Positions 12,875 through 24,959 of a stretch of DNA of 64,000 bases are shown here, piece by piece. Numbering within the stretch: the stretch's first letter is position 1; each line of letters starts with the position of its first letter. The notes under the pieces were generated by a model. That model did no database searches. It had not been told where the DNA came from and saw only the letters and a program-made list of their open reading frames with translations. The DNA is taken from NCBI GenBank assembly GCA_028023455.1, contig JAQFVV010000007.1:12090001-12154000 (forward strand), read 5' to 3'. The position numbers were made by a program, and so were the translations under genes. Origin of the DNA: Epiperipatus broadwayi (taxonomy: Eukaryota > Animalia > Onychophora).

Positions 12875-12887
12875 TGACCTTTGAACT
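12875..12887 (-). promoter_or_regulatory. DR1-type nuclear receptor element AGTTCA-A-AGGTCA
   Basis: Plus strand reads TGACCTTTGAACT, inside a CpG-retaining stretch (12740-12960) that also has CCAAT. Motif match only. Confidence 0.25.
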
Positions 12888-13485
12888 ATTAATTCTTGTC
12901 ATGCGCTCTGAAATAATTCCGATGGTATTTAAATATGACTAAGCAGGCTTCAACTTTACGAATGTTACTATTTCCTAATTTGAAAGCTATAAGCTATGAA
13001 GATAATTTGAAATTTGCATTAACTAAAAACTTTTTTATTAATAAAAAAATAGAATAAATATATTAATGTTTTTTAGTTGTGGAGAATATAAGTACTAATA
13101 TTATTTACTCCCTGCAGATATCAGCTCATTTCTCAATCCAAATTCCCAAAATACTTTTGTATAAACAGTTGTATCTATTAATTCATTTTTTTTTTAATTG
13201 AAGTGCAAGATACTACCATACATAAAATCTCATAGACAACATTATCTACACAAATACTTTTTTATTAATTCCACATTTTCAAATTTTTATAAGTTTGAAT
13301 TAAATTTTAAAATTTTTTTTTTTTTCTGTTACAATTTTAGCCTCCAATACCTTAATATCAAAAGTTAATAAGAAATTTGAGAAACCAAAGTTGCACAACT
13401 GGCCATGATTCATAGTCCTTGAGCTTCAAGATCTGCCTTATTTTCTCATGTGTCATAGCATCAGCCGGGAAGTGAACCCACTAAC

Positions 13486-13506
13486 CCGGAACAACTGCTT
13501 GTAAAG
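13486..13506 (-). CDS. Candidate 21-nt micro-exon (LYKQLFR), phase 0-0
   Basis: Acceptor TTTTTTTTTTCTGATTTGGTGCAG, donor CCGG|GTTAGT, open frame, local CpGs. Confidence 0.3.
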
Positions 13507-14669
13507 CTGCACCAAATCAGAAAAAAAAAAATAATAATCAGTCAGGAGTTGGAAAAAAGTTCAAGCAATGGAAATTAATAGAGCTAGGTCCCATTCTATG
13601 GACTTTGAACTCCCCCAGAAGCTGTAACATTACTATTGTTATATCTACACAGGTCAAAATAATCAAGAGGATTTTTTTGTAGTACATATGTCGTTTTCAA
13701 AGAAATATTAGGCCTGGGCCATGGATTTGTAGACTCTGCCACTCTGTACAGAACATATCAAGGGTTTAGTAAAGATTATATTGTAGCACTAAATATTGAT
13801 TTGATACAAATAAATTACACTTAAGGAATAACCATATACTGCTGATATGTGCTGTTACTTAACAATAACACTCTAGAAATCACTTATATCAACCCACTAT
13901 CTGAAGAACATGTGTATAAAACACATATGGATGGCTAAATTATTAGAAATAAATAATAAATCAATTATTTTATAAAAACTAATTTAGTTATTTTAACTAA
14001 ATTTGTTTACTTAAGAAATGTATTTTTTTACAGTTCTCCATAGAAATTAACACTTTCCAAGGATATTATAGAAGATCATTATAATTTAATCAAACCTGAC
14101 TGTCTGAGTAATCAAAGTTTTTAAATAACTTGTGGTTTATATTAATAGATAAAATAAAGTCAATAATTTGGTGTAATAATTGAAATGGCTTATATAGCTA
14201 TTAATGCACACACACTGAACTTGAAAAAGTTTAACAGAAATTTTTTTTTGAAGTAGTCATGATTGTAAATCTTTATAATATATTTTTGTGTGTGATATCC
14301 ATTACAATTAGTATACTAACAATGTATGTTTTCTCCAGCTTCGGATGTGCAAATTCTGCCAAATTAAAGATGCAATTAGTTGTTCATGAGGAATATGAAG
14401 AGGCAGAATGAATATAACAGCCTTAACCTATTGACTAAACCAAAAATGTGTTTCTTACTTTATTACATAGATTCATTAAACCCATACTATGCTAAATTAT
14501 ACAGAAACAGTCCTAGTTACTAGTGTTTAGTGATGTAGAATGGCAAAGATCTGCGGATCATAATCAAGTTTTATCATTTTCTGTATTTGCTCATTTTATA
14601 AACACTCAAGTGAAGACAGTAGAAAAATTATTTCCACAATATTGTCACCTGGTATAAGCTCAAGTAATC

Positions 14670-14820
14670 AGTAGATGTTGAAAGATTGTGCATCATAATC
14701 CCTGCCAAGTGTTTTTACATTTAATATTCCCAGACTCATTCCTAGTGTTATGGCTTTTACCAATGAGTATATTGCATAGAAAAACACTGGATAGAGATTA
14801 TGATGTATAACAGTTTAACA
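14670..14820. repeat. Old imperfect inverted repeat
   Basis: CATCATAATCCCTGCCAAGTGTTTT (about 14691) versus AAAACACTGGATAGAGATTATGATG (about 14781), plus inner ACTCATT/AATGAGT. Confidence 0.6.
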
Positions 14821-15386
14821 ATTATTGATCACTAGATTTTGCAGTAACTGGAATTATTGATTGGAGAGAGGTGTTGCTGTTGTAGTAGATTGTGCAACCA
14901 TAAAGCAAAGGTGATAGTATAATGTTTTAATGGATTAAACTACCAAGTGATAAATCATTTATTGATTGATTTTATGTGTTTTGGTTGTTAATTAGTAGTT
15001 TTTTATAATTCCTTCAAAGGATAGTGCTAACTATAATTTAACACCATTATTTTTAAAGTCATAAGACCAAAAATTATTCTTTCTTACATTTCTTTACATC
15101 ATCATTGGATTCTATTTGTAACTTTCCTCAGTAGTTTCAAATTCTCATTCTTCTAAGAGCCCTATTTACATTTTTTTTTTCATTTTTTGAAGAAGTGATC
15201 AAATTTTTGATGCTGAGGGAGTTTAGTATATTGGAAGTTTTTAATAAAATGCTGAAATAGTTTGTGACCATTTACTACATATTTAAAATAATACCCTTTT
15301 TGATGATTGTGATTTAATTATAATGATATATCAGACTAATCTTATCACCTAAAATTAATTATCAAATGACATTAAAAAATTCAAGC

Positions 15387-15440
15387 TATATTTAAACTTT
15401 TTCAAATACATTCAACCATTACTAATAATGTAGACTACTA
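15387..15440 (+). repeat. Family D fragment
   Basis: TTCAAATACATTCAACCATTACTAATA matches the arm sequence at 51960-51990. Confidence 0.55.
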
Positions 15441-15509
15441 TAAAACACAATGTTTAAAGTGGTATTATTAGCTACTCATTCTCGGAGATTGCTGGCCTGA
15501 CCTGGGTAC

Positions 15510-15620
15510 TTTTAGATTTGTGAATTTAAATTAAGATAATGTTCTAAACACCTAGAGTACTAACAGAATATCGTACTTGTTTATAGTGTCATCTTAAATT
15601 AAGTATTCACAAATCTAAAG
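15510..15620. repeat. Inverted repeat (~30-bp arms)
   Basis: TTTAGATTTGTGAATTTAAATTAAGAT versus ATCTTAAATTAAGTATTCACAAATCTAAA. Confidence 0.8.
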
Positions 15621-15648
15621 ATCATCACAAATTTGATTCCCATTTTAG

Positions 15649-15716
15649 AACTGCCATTAGACAGAGATGCACCTCCTGAAACAGAGGGAAGACCCCATGG
15701 AACATTGTCTTATATG
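15649..15716 (+). CDS. Candidate internal coding exon (ELPLDRDAPPETEGRPHGTLSYM), phase 1-0, gene unrecognised
   Basis: Acceptor TTTGATTCCCATTTTAG, donor ATG|GTGAAT, GC content well above background, open frame, protein-like composition. Confidence 0.5.
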
Positions 15717-15817
15717 GTGAATGTATTTAAAAAGATTAAATAAAATTTGAATTTTTCTAAAGTATTTAACAATTCTTAATAATGGAATTAGCCCAATGTT
15801 ATATGTTTTTACTACAG

Positions 15818-15929
15818 ATATGCAACCTACTATTGCAGGCTTTAATAACTAGTAGATGTCAAATGATAATGCATGATAAATTGCTGTCCATTTTAGTTTT
15901 ATGTTATCTATTAGTTACTAAAGCTGACA
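15818..15929 (+). CDS. Possible next exon (ICNLLLQALITSRCQMIMHDKLLSILVLCYLLVTKAD), phase 0-1
   Basis: Acceptor GTTTTTACTACAG, donor ACA|GTAAGT; open in the phase required by 15649-15716 after a 101-nt intron. Composition is less convincing. Confidence 0.25.
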
Positions 15930-16460
15930 GTAAGTAGCTTATGTGTTATCAGGAATCATAATAGTCAAGTAATATATATTTACAAATGAAATGCCATAAA
16001 TATTACACTTTCACACAAACTAATTGGTTTAATTAACTAATGTAAATACAAATATAAGTGATTTAATGTGTTGGTAAAATGATAGAATCTCAATGTCTAT
16101 GATATCTGGCCCAGGTCTATCACATCCAATGCTCAAACATTTACCATCATTATCTGAATTAGAAAAATCCTGAAGTTAAACAATTAAAAGAAAAGAATAT
16201 TTAAATGTAATAAACATAATAGTTTTTTCGTATAAAGAATTATTATTTAGTGGAAGATGAAAGTTTTTATATGAGGGAAGATCCAAAAATAATTGGAATC
16301 ATTCTCTCATATGTGTGCCTATTGTAGTATATACTTTTGCTATTATATACATCTTGCAGGTACTCTTGTGCATTAATTTGCCAAATGACATTATCATGTG
16401 AAATCATGGGGCCTTGGAACACATTGTTTTAGAAAGTGCATTTTGCATTTTTTTATAATA

Positions 16461-16515
16461 GGCAAAACTCTCCACACAGTAGTGCCACTCCAAAATGGTG
16501 ATCATGTGATGTTTT
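16461..16515. repeat. Minimal family A foldback junction fragment
   Basis: GGCAAAACTCTCCACACAGTAGTGCCACTC (forward A) is joined directly to AAATGGTGATCATGTGATGTT (inverted A). Confidence 0.7.
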
Positions 16516-16559
16516 TAATAATAGATGAAATGTTGAATTAATGCTGTTTTTTTTTTTTG

Positions 16560-16930
16560 GTGCAAATGGAATTTCTCTCTTGGATTTGGTTTGTAATGGT
16601 AAGACATTTTATCTGCAAGATTTGAAATATTTATGTAATGCAATAAAATGTAAACATTCCATTTTGGGCAATGAAAAGATAGCTAAATCTACCTCAACAA
16701 TGTCATCTCTCAAAGCCTTGAGTGTAAAACAGTTTTTAGTTAAATTCAGCATGAATTAGCTTATCTATTAATCATATTATCTTGATTTTCCTTTGTGTGA
16801 TTTTTTTTAATCTCTCGAATGAGAAATGTCTCAATTTTTTTTTTGTGGACTTGGAATTTGTGGTGAAAATATGGCAGAGATGCCAAAAGGCATTACTTTA
16901 CAAGTATTTCTGAACTATTTTGAAAAATGA
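16560..16930 (-). mobile_element. Possible degenerate Ty3/Gypsy reverse-transcriptase fragment
   Basis: The minus strand reads KVMPFGISAI (compare the Gypsy RT motif xMPFGI..AP), followed by NQDNMI (possible remnant of YxDD). Heavily disrupted. Confidence 0.3.
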
Positions 16931-17894
16931 AAAACATGTTTAGACCAGTATATTGCATCAAATGGATAGTAATTTGAAAGAGACAAACATAAATAAACAT
17001 TTTTTATTATAAAATTCTGATTATTTTTAGATACTAGTATAGGTTACAAAAATTAATTATTAAAAGATTCACATTTTATATACACAGCATATCCTAATGA
17101 AAATGTGATTAATTCTTTCTCCAAGCTATTTAAAGCATTTGTTACTTGACAACATAATTTAGTTATTCACCTCAAACTTTTAATGCACTAAGATATTTAA
17201 ATCAATATGAAATATGACATTGTGCTTTATATTTTCATACATAATTGTCAATGTTCCTTTGTCAGAATGAAATCTTGTAAACAACTTGTAAACAGTTTTG
17301 TAACTCATGCCTTTGTTAACATAAACAATTTAAATCATTTCAAATGTTTAAGTAGAAGTTTTGTCCAATCTAAAATTTAATATTAGTGCATAAATTCATC
17401 ATGGGTTAAAGTATGAAACATGCTATCACATTTCAAGTCATAATTCATGATCCTGACATGATAGGGTCTTAAAAATTTTGTGATGAATATCTATCTACTC
17501 AATGTGACTACATAACATGATTCAAAGATGGTAATGCAAGCTGTTTGGAGATGGTTTTTACTGGGAAATACGACATATATACATCCCCTTTTCCAGTTCA
17601 TTAAATATAATCCTATTATGTAGATCCTCAAGAATTTAAAGAAGAATAAATACTTTTTAACATCAGTTATTTTGGTAACTATAGTACAGCTAAATAATGG
17701 TTTATTCATTTGATCACACAAATTTTTTATTTTTTTTTTAAACTAAGAATCAATCTATACTTTGAATAATACTAAATTGTTCACTACTGTTTAACTATTA
17801 TGCATTTACATTCTACCAAAATTGATTTGTTTTAAGTTTTAGAAAAATGTGTGGGTACTTGAGCCCATCTACAATAATAAAGAAAGAGAGAAAA

Positions 17895-18000
17895 AATGAA
17901 TGAATTAAGGCCAAATTGGTATGATCATGTTAATATTAAACAGATTAAATAACAGAAATAGTTGAATACATATAAAAACCTGAGTATAAACGATGCCATT
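17895..18000 (+). mobile_element. RTE-type LINE 3' remnant
   Basis: Translates to ELRPNWYDHV, resembling the RLRWYGHV motif of the RTE ORF2 C-terminus. Confidence 0.3.
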
Positions 18001-19669
18001 CTACTAGAATTTAATTGAAATGGTGAACTCATAATATTTGTTAGTTTATAATTGAACATAAAGCTCCCAAATGGTTCCCAATAAGTATTGGAAGAGTGGG
18101 GAATTTTGGTCATCTACTAGCGATCATCATTATTTATATTATTGACAATATTTAAAAATAAGAAACTATTTAGTGGAGACTGATGGATTCTGGACTTTAC
18201 CATTCAAAATGCTCAATTTTCATATAAATTCCTGAGCAATTAACTCAATGATTATTATTTTTTAGAAAAATCTGTCATATTATATGCATGAAAAAAATCC
18301 ATTAAATAAACCTATTTACTGATTATTAAAAGTATAATAAGATGTAAAAATTATTAGTTACTAACAAGATCATGTGACCTTTGAGCATCGGAAGTAGCAT
18401 GTTGATATTTAAAGTTGTAACCTCTAACTTTTGAGTCTGTCACTACATGATCACACTAGAACAAATATGACATGAATAAAAAACAAAGTAATTATTTCTC
18501 AATGTACCCGGAACATTAAAATATTTGTATGTTTGCTTTTATTATTTCCTGGATAACAGAAGTCTAGATTTTTGTTATGATTTGTTTGAGGTATTGATTT
18601 ACACATCTTTTTATCAATCAGTTAAAATCTTTTATGTTTTCATTTGACAAATATTTCCCATCATACACAGAAGATATTGTTTTCAAATATGTTTTACAAC
18701 AAATTGCAGTGGACTTTTCATTATTTAAACATATAGCATGCTAAGTATCAGTAGTACAAGATGGGAATATACTTCTAAAAAAAACATTATTCCTGTTATA
18801 TCCTTTTTTTCTCATGTATAACCTGTTTATTATTTTTTGACATGAATATTAAATATTTTGCTAATGGTAGGAATGTAGCATTTCGATTATAGATTACTGT
18901 GACTTACAAATAACACATCTCATGACATACTGGTTAGTAACTATGCTTCCAATGCCCATGAGATTGGAATTTGAATTTATCCAAATAAGTCTTAAAATAA
19001 TTTTAGAGCAGAAAGAGACTTTTTTTCAGTTAGTGAGCCTGTAATCAATCTATTTGCTTAACAACTATCTATTGTATAAGAAAATAATGTTAGCTATTAT
19101 TTGTAATTATATGTTGGATTATTTTCATCATTTAGTTTTATTCACTTAAATGTTTTAAGAATAATTCAAACTTTATTTATACTTTTCCAATTACATTCAA
19201 CTATGGGTAATAACACACAGATGGGTATAGATGTGGATGTTTGTGTGATTATTTTCTCTTCATTTGCCCATTGGCATTATGAGCATGATCAGTCCAGAAA
19301 CATCTCAAAAATAAAGAATAATAGAAAGACTTGAACTAAGGTGTTCTATATTAACCTGTATACTACTACTTAGGGTTTAATATATTTAGAAAAGTATAAA
19401 TTCTAATTTTTCTAAAACATTTAATAATTAATATATGTATATAATGAAAATAGTCCAACATATTATTGCAAACAAAAGATCATCACCATTAATCTTCAGG
19501 CAAGTATTAATTAGTGGTAACCTACAAAACAATCACATCATAAAAATATTTTGGAAAAATAATATTACAATTCATTCTATTATTAGATATTTTCTAATAC
19601 CTGCTTTACAAAAATAATAACCACCAGATTAACACTTTGTAGTCAGTGGTGACGATATCCTTTTCTTTA

Positions 19670-19745
19670 TAACAGTAATTTGAGACAAAAAAGAAGCTCT
19701 CTATATACATACTCTAATTAAACCAATATTGAGATATGGTAATTA
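19670..19745 (+). mobile_element. RTE-type LINE fragment
   Basis: After a frameshift it reads TLIKPILRYG, resembling the TLIRPVLTYG motif downstream of the RTE RT domain. Confidence 0.35.
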
Positions 19746-20029
19746 TGTCTTTTTTAAAATATTATTATATATTGACTAAAATATTGTATGTTTTACAATG
19801 TATAATGTTTTTTTTTTCGTTCTAACAAAATGCAGTAATTTGTCATGTATGTATTGATTGATCTTCATTTTCTTATTTGTAATACCTAAGAATTGTGAAT
19901 AAAGTTTCTTTTGAAATTTTATAGTTAAGTGGAAACTGCCTTATACTAATATGTTTAATCATAATAGGACTGGAATACTAAGTGCAAAAGAATTTTTAAA
20001 AATATTGCTATCATATGATGTGGCCTTGA

Positions 20030-21450
20030 CTAGCAGAGGGAGGGTGTCGCACTTATGCGTGCCTAGCATATGATTTATTTCCCGGTTTTTATCGGTATTA
20101 ATTTTTCATTGCTTCTCCCATTTTACACAATTTATTATAGCATCTCACTTTTCATAGTTGCATCATAAATTTAATCAAATCATTTAAATTTATAACGTAG
20201 TTCTGACGTCCATTGTCATAACAAATTTTAGAGGAACCTTTTAGCTAAATGCTTTCTTTTCAAAATAATCCCGTGTTCTTAAATGTCTATGTTGCTATAG
20301 ACAGCGATGCGCAATTGGTGATTACAAAACAATGAATTTTAAAAGTTTACAAAAATATTTTTTTTATAAAAAATAAGTAAAACACTTTCTTTGAAAATGT
20401 CGACTCTTCGAACTTTTCTTTTAACACAAAGAAGTACTAAAAAATGAAAATTAATCTAATTTCAAAGTTTTAATTACTCTTTTATTACTCATTTTTTGTT
20501 CATCTTTCTTTTTTTCTAAAAGACAACCAAATAAAGTTAAAAGGAAAGTTTTTCAAAAAAATTATCATAACTAAAGATAAATCAATTTTAATTTTTCTAT
20601 GTTGAAAAAGTGTGTGATTACGTATATATTTAGATGACTTTTTAAAAAATAAAAAGATCTATTTCTGTCTGTGGCCTTTTTAAAGAAAAAAATATGTTTT
20701 CTGCTTGGTTGAAAGTTTTGAAAGAAAAAATATAATATTTATATTAAAATAAAATTGAATAGTAAACATTATATATTTAGAATCTAATTCAAAACTTTAA
20801 ATTTATGCGACAAAGACGTTATTGTCTTATTAATGTAAAAAAAAAAAAGTTTATAAACATCTCCATAATGATACATTAAAATGTAATATTAAATAACAGT
20901 TATATAATTTTAACAAAAGGAAATGGCAATAAAAATATCTATAATTAATAATCAAAAATGCTAATGATTTATATAAGTAGTATACTATTAATCCAAATAT
21001 CTTAAACTTTTATAATAAATATATTAGTACACACACATCAACAACCAAAATTAACGTGCAAAATATTTTGTAAATACTAAAAATAATAAACTTTCTAATA
21101 CTTTATAGTTCTTTTGAAATTACGTTACTATATATAAATTACGCTCAGTGAATAAATACATCAGTAAATGTTAGGCTTGTATACAATCAAACATAAAGTT
21201 TAGATTGATCTATTCTACATTTTAATTTACTGAAGGTCAGTTCACATATATAGTTCGCTAGAATTTTCAGTATTCCGTGTTAATTTTATAGGTAATAATC
21301 CTGATTGCAATAAGCTTCTCATTGTTTTTCCTATTTTATCTGATTTTGGATTTAAAGTAACAGATAAATGATTTATACCTCATATCCTAAATTCATAAGT
21401 GTGAAATTATTCCGAAACTAGAAATTTGTGATTAATCGTGTTTGATCTGT
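20030..21450. promoter_or_regulatory. Extended CpG-retaining region, possible promoter
   Basis: Many CpGs over about 1.4 kb, TGACGT and ATTGG motifs, no TE protein motif seen; upstream of the plus-strand exon candidates at 21702-21744 and 23187. Confidence 0.3.
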
Positions 21451-23186
21451 ATAATCTGTGACATCTATATTTATATCACTGGTAATATGTGAGTGATCTA
21501 CCTTTGAGTCTGTAATATCATAGTATTGAAATGTAGGATGCACTGATACAAATCTATAATTAAACATATTGTTTTTAAAATATATTACTTTTTTTCACAT
21601 ATAAGTGTATTTTATCTATGCACATTGAGATGTCATATAAAAGTAGACAGAGTAACTGTGTGACTGACAGAAAAAAATTGTTGTCCTTTCTGTAATAACT
21701 AGGATAAAATCTAATTTGTGGATAGTGACATCAAATACAGAATAGGTAAGTAAATAATTTGATTAATGAAGTTCAAATAAAAACTGATTTTTTTAAACCC
21801 AATATTTAACCTTTTGGTAATAACAATTGGTGCTTCATAGAATATTATTATAGCACTTCTATGCCATGGCTTTAAACCACTCTTTTGCAGTTATCTCTAG
21901 TATTATTTTAGTAATTTTCCACTCATTTGATAGTAAAAATTGCAAATAAAACAAATATTGATTTAGTATTTCAAAAAAGATTTGAAAATATCAGTGAAGC
22001 ACATAATAATCTACAGAGAAAAGTTAGAGATATACCATCAAAAGTTTACATCTGTGATTGGTATATTTTTTAATTTTAGTCATGTAAACAAACTTGTAAA
22101 CCCTCCTTTCATCATTGCGACAATGAGAAAAGAAAATTTCAGAATTTCAGAATCTATTATTATTATTTTTATAAAATATTTATATTAATTTTTAAGAAAG
22201 AATAATATTCATTTTTATACTTAGTACTTTTACAAATATATTTCATTTTTAAAAATACAAGTTAAGAAATTTGAAGTAATGATAAAAGGCAAATTATGAC
22301 TACTACATTCTGTTTAAAAACATAAATGCAATTTTTAATTTTTGAGTAGAATTTCATAGCTTTATCAAATTTTATAATTATTTATAAATGTTTTAAAAAT
22401 TGGATACATTCAACAAATAATTTGCAACTATATTTTTTCAATTGTCTTACTGACAATTAGTTATTACTAAAAAGAAATTATTCTCATTATTTATTTTACT
22501 GGTATATATAGAAACAGTCAGGTTGTTTCACATATATAATTTGAATTCCCCCCTCCCCCAATTTAAAACTGTTGAGCTAAAAAAAAAAAGCTGACACAGT
22601 TTCAAAAATAAAACTTAAAATGAAGAAATAAAAAGATTACAGCAATTTAAAAATTAATATTTTAAAATATTAAGAGTACTGTTAAAATGCAATATTTTGC
22701 AAAAGTTTAATGTTTACAGATTATCAAAAAGAAGGCTGTAATTAATGATTAATGAAAAAAAAGATTGGTGTGGGCATAAAATTCAATAGATGTTTTTCCA
22801 AAAACATTAGATAAGAGTTATTAGAATTTGTTTCTGCCAAAAGTAGATGGCCAATGAGGAAAGAAAATAAACACACAGACCTCTGACAAGATTGGTGTTA
22901 GATCAATCCCAAAACTGAGAGATAAGAAAAGCATAAATAGATAAATAGGGGAGTAGAGATTGCTTAAGAGATTTTTGTAGAAGACATATTGGTAGAAAGC
23001 ATCAAGATGGTTATTAGAGAAATCCATAGTATATGACTACTAGCCCAATAAATCTTGGAGCACAGTGAACAATAAAAAGAAGGAACTTGTAACTAATAAA
23101 ATATTAAATGAAGAAACAAGTGGTTAAAATATATCTTCAAATGTCTGAATAATTGAAAATAGCTTTCTCTCTCTTCTCTGTCTCAG

Positions 23187-23294
23187 TTCAGTTATGAAGT
23201 AAAAAAAATCAAGGTCTGTGAAATGACCATTGACTTGTTAAGCTCTCAGAACCCCCTCATTCATTGGAAAATTTATAATGAACCACCAGCAGAT
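23187..23294 (+). CDS. Candidate 108-nt symmetric coding exon (FSYEVKKIKVCEMTIDLLSSQNPLIHWKIYNEPPAD), gene unrecognised
   Basis: Long polypyrimidine tract CTTTCTCTCTCTTCTCTGTCTCAG, donor GAT|GTAAGT, length a multiple of 3, open frame. Confidence 0.45.
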
Positions 23295-23715
23295 GTAAGT
23301 TCAGGTAGGAAAATTGTACATATTTTATAACCTTTTATAATATGCAAAAATATTTTGCAAATTGTATTTCTTAAGTTAAAATATAATATAATGAAATGTT
23401 GCTTTTAAATTAATTGATTGTAAGTAATACAAAAAGGAAACATATTTAAAAATGGAACGCAGTCTAGTAATAGGTGAAATAAAATATTTTATAAGATGTG
23501 TTTATTAAGACAATCTATGATTTAATAAAATGTCATTTTCTGGATTGATTGATTATTAAAATGCTTTCAAATAATGAAAAAACAAAATGATTTATTCCGA
23601 ATAACGGTTATTATTTTATATAAAAAAACTTTGATAGAATGAATTGCCACTGGAACCACACATACATAAATTAAGGAAATGTTTATATATGTGAATTAAG
23701 AAATAATAATATAAT

Positions 23716-24450
23716 GTTCTTCCAAATAATGATTTCAAAATGTATTGAACTGATGAATAAGTGGTTCAAACCCACACTAAATATTAAGTAATAATAAATC
23801 TTTTCCAAATAATGATTTCAAACTGTATTGAAATAGTGAATAAGTGGTTCAAACCCAAACTGAATTTAATAAGTAATGATGAATCTCTTTCAAATAATGA
23901 CATCAAATGGTATTGATATGATGAATGAGTGGTTCAAACACACACTGAATATTAAGTAATAATAAATTTTTTCCAAATAATGATTTCAAACTGTTTTGAA
24001 ATGGTAAATAAGTGGTTCAAACCCACACTGAATATATTAAGTAATGATAAATGCTTTCAAATAATGACCTCAAACGGTATTGATATGATGAATGAGTGGT
24101 TTAAACCCACACTGAATATATTAAGTAATAATAAACCTTTTTCAAATAGTGACTTCAAATGGTATTGATATGATGAATAAGTGGTTCAAACCCACACTGA
24201 ATATATTAAGTAATAATAAATCACTTTCAAATAATGATCAAAATACATTGATATGGTGAATAAGTGGTTCAAACCCACACTGAATGTATTAAGTAATAAT
24301 AAATCACTTTCAAATAATGACTTCAAACTGTATTGATCTGATGGATAAGTGGTTCAAATCCACACTGAATATATTAGTAATAATAAATGTCTTTCCAATA
24401 ATGACTTCAAATTGTATTGATGTGATAAATAAGTGGTTCAAGCCTACACA
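23716..24450 (+). repeat. Minisatellite, 9 copies of a ~84-bp unit
   Basis: GTGGTT at 23761, 23844, 23929, 24012, 24096, 24181, 24264, 24349 and 24433 (spacings 83-85). Confidence 0.95.
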
Positions 24451-24480
24451 TGTATGATATATAAAATAAAAATTAATAAT

Positions 24481-24690
24481 TTGGGATTCCTGGATTAAAA
24501 CACATAATTCTCGATACCTGGATTAAAATAAGTACTTCAAGAGACTTGGATTAAAATAAATACTCCCTGATACCTGGATTGGAATAAATACTTTGGGATT
24601 CCTGGATTCAAACATATAATTCTCGATACCTGGATTAAAGTAAATACTTCATGATGCTTGGATAGAATAAACACTTCAAGATACCTCAAT
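24481..24690 (+). repeat. Minisatellite, ~28-bp monomer with a 112-bp four-monomer higher-order repeat
   Basis: GATACCTGGATTAAAATAAATACTTC-like monomers; TTGGGATTCCTGGATT.AAACA.ATAATTCTCGATACCTGG recurs at 24481 and 24593. Confidence 0.9.
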
Positions 24691-24959
24691 AAATCAATTA
24701 CTGCTATACACATGGATACATATCTATGCAGATGAGGGAGCTTCAAACTTAGAAGAATAATTCTCAATCAGGAACAATTGAAAACATCCATGATGTGCAC
24801 ATGGATATAAAGACAACCAATATAGAGACTGTTTGCAAACTTTTCCTTTTTTTTCTTTAAGAACTTAAAGTAATGTTGTTGTTGAATAAAATTATTGTTT
24901 CAAAATAAGTAATACCTTTTGTCAATTTCATTTGCATCATTCATCCATTTATGCACTGG

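Noticed and set aside
12417-13410. Plus-strand three-exon chain DTNDLKVPAKFENMKDPRK-YQLISQSKFPKYF-SSNTLISKVNKKFEKPKLHNWP-stop
   Set aside because: The phases fit, but the donors (GTAATA, GTATAA) are weak, the peptide is unrecognised, and such chains arise by chance in AT-rich DNA.
23716-24690. CRISPR array or repeat-encoded protein
   Set aside because: Whole units repeat without unique spacers, no cas genes are present, the context is eukaryotic, and unit lengths of 83-85 break any reading frame.
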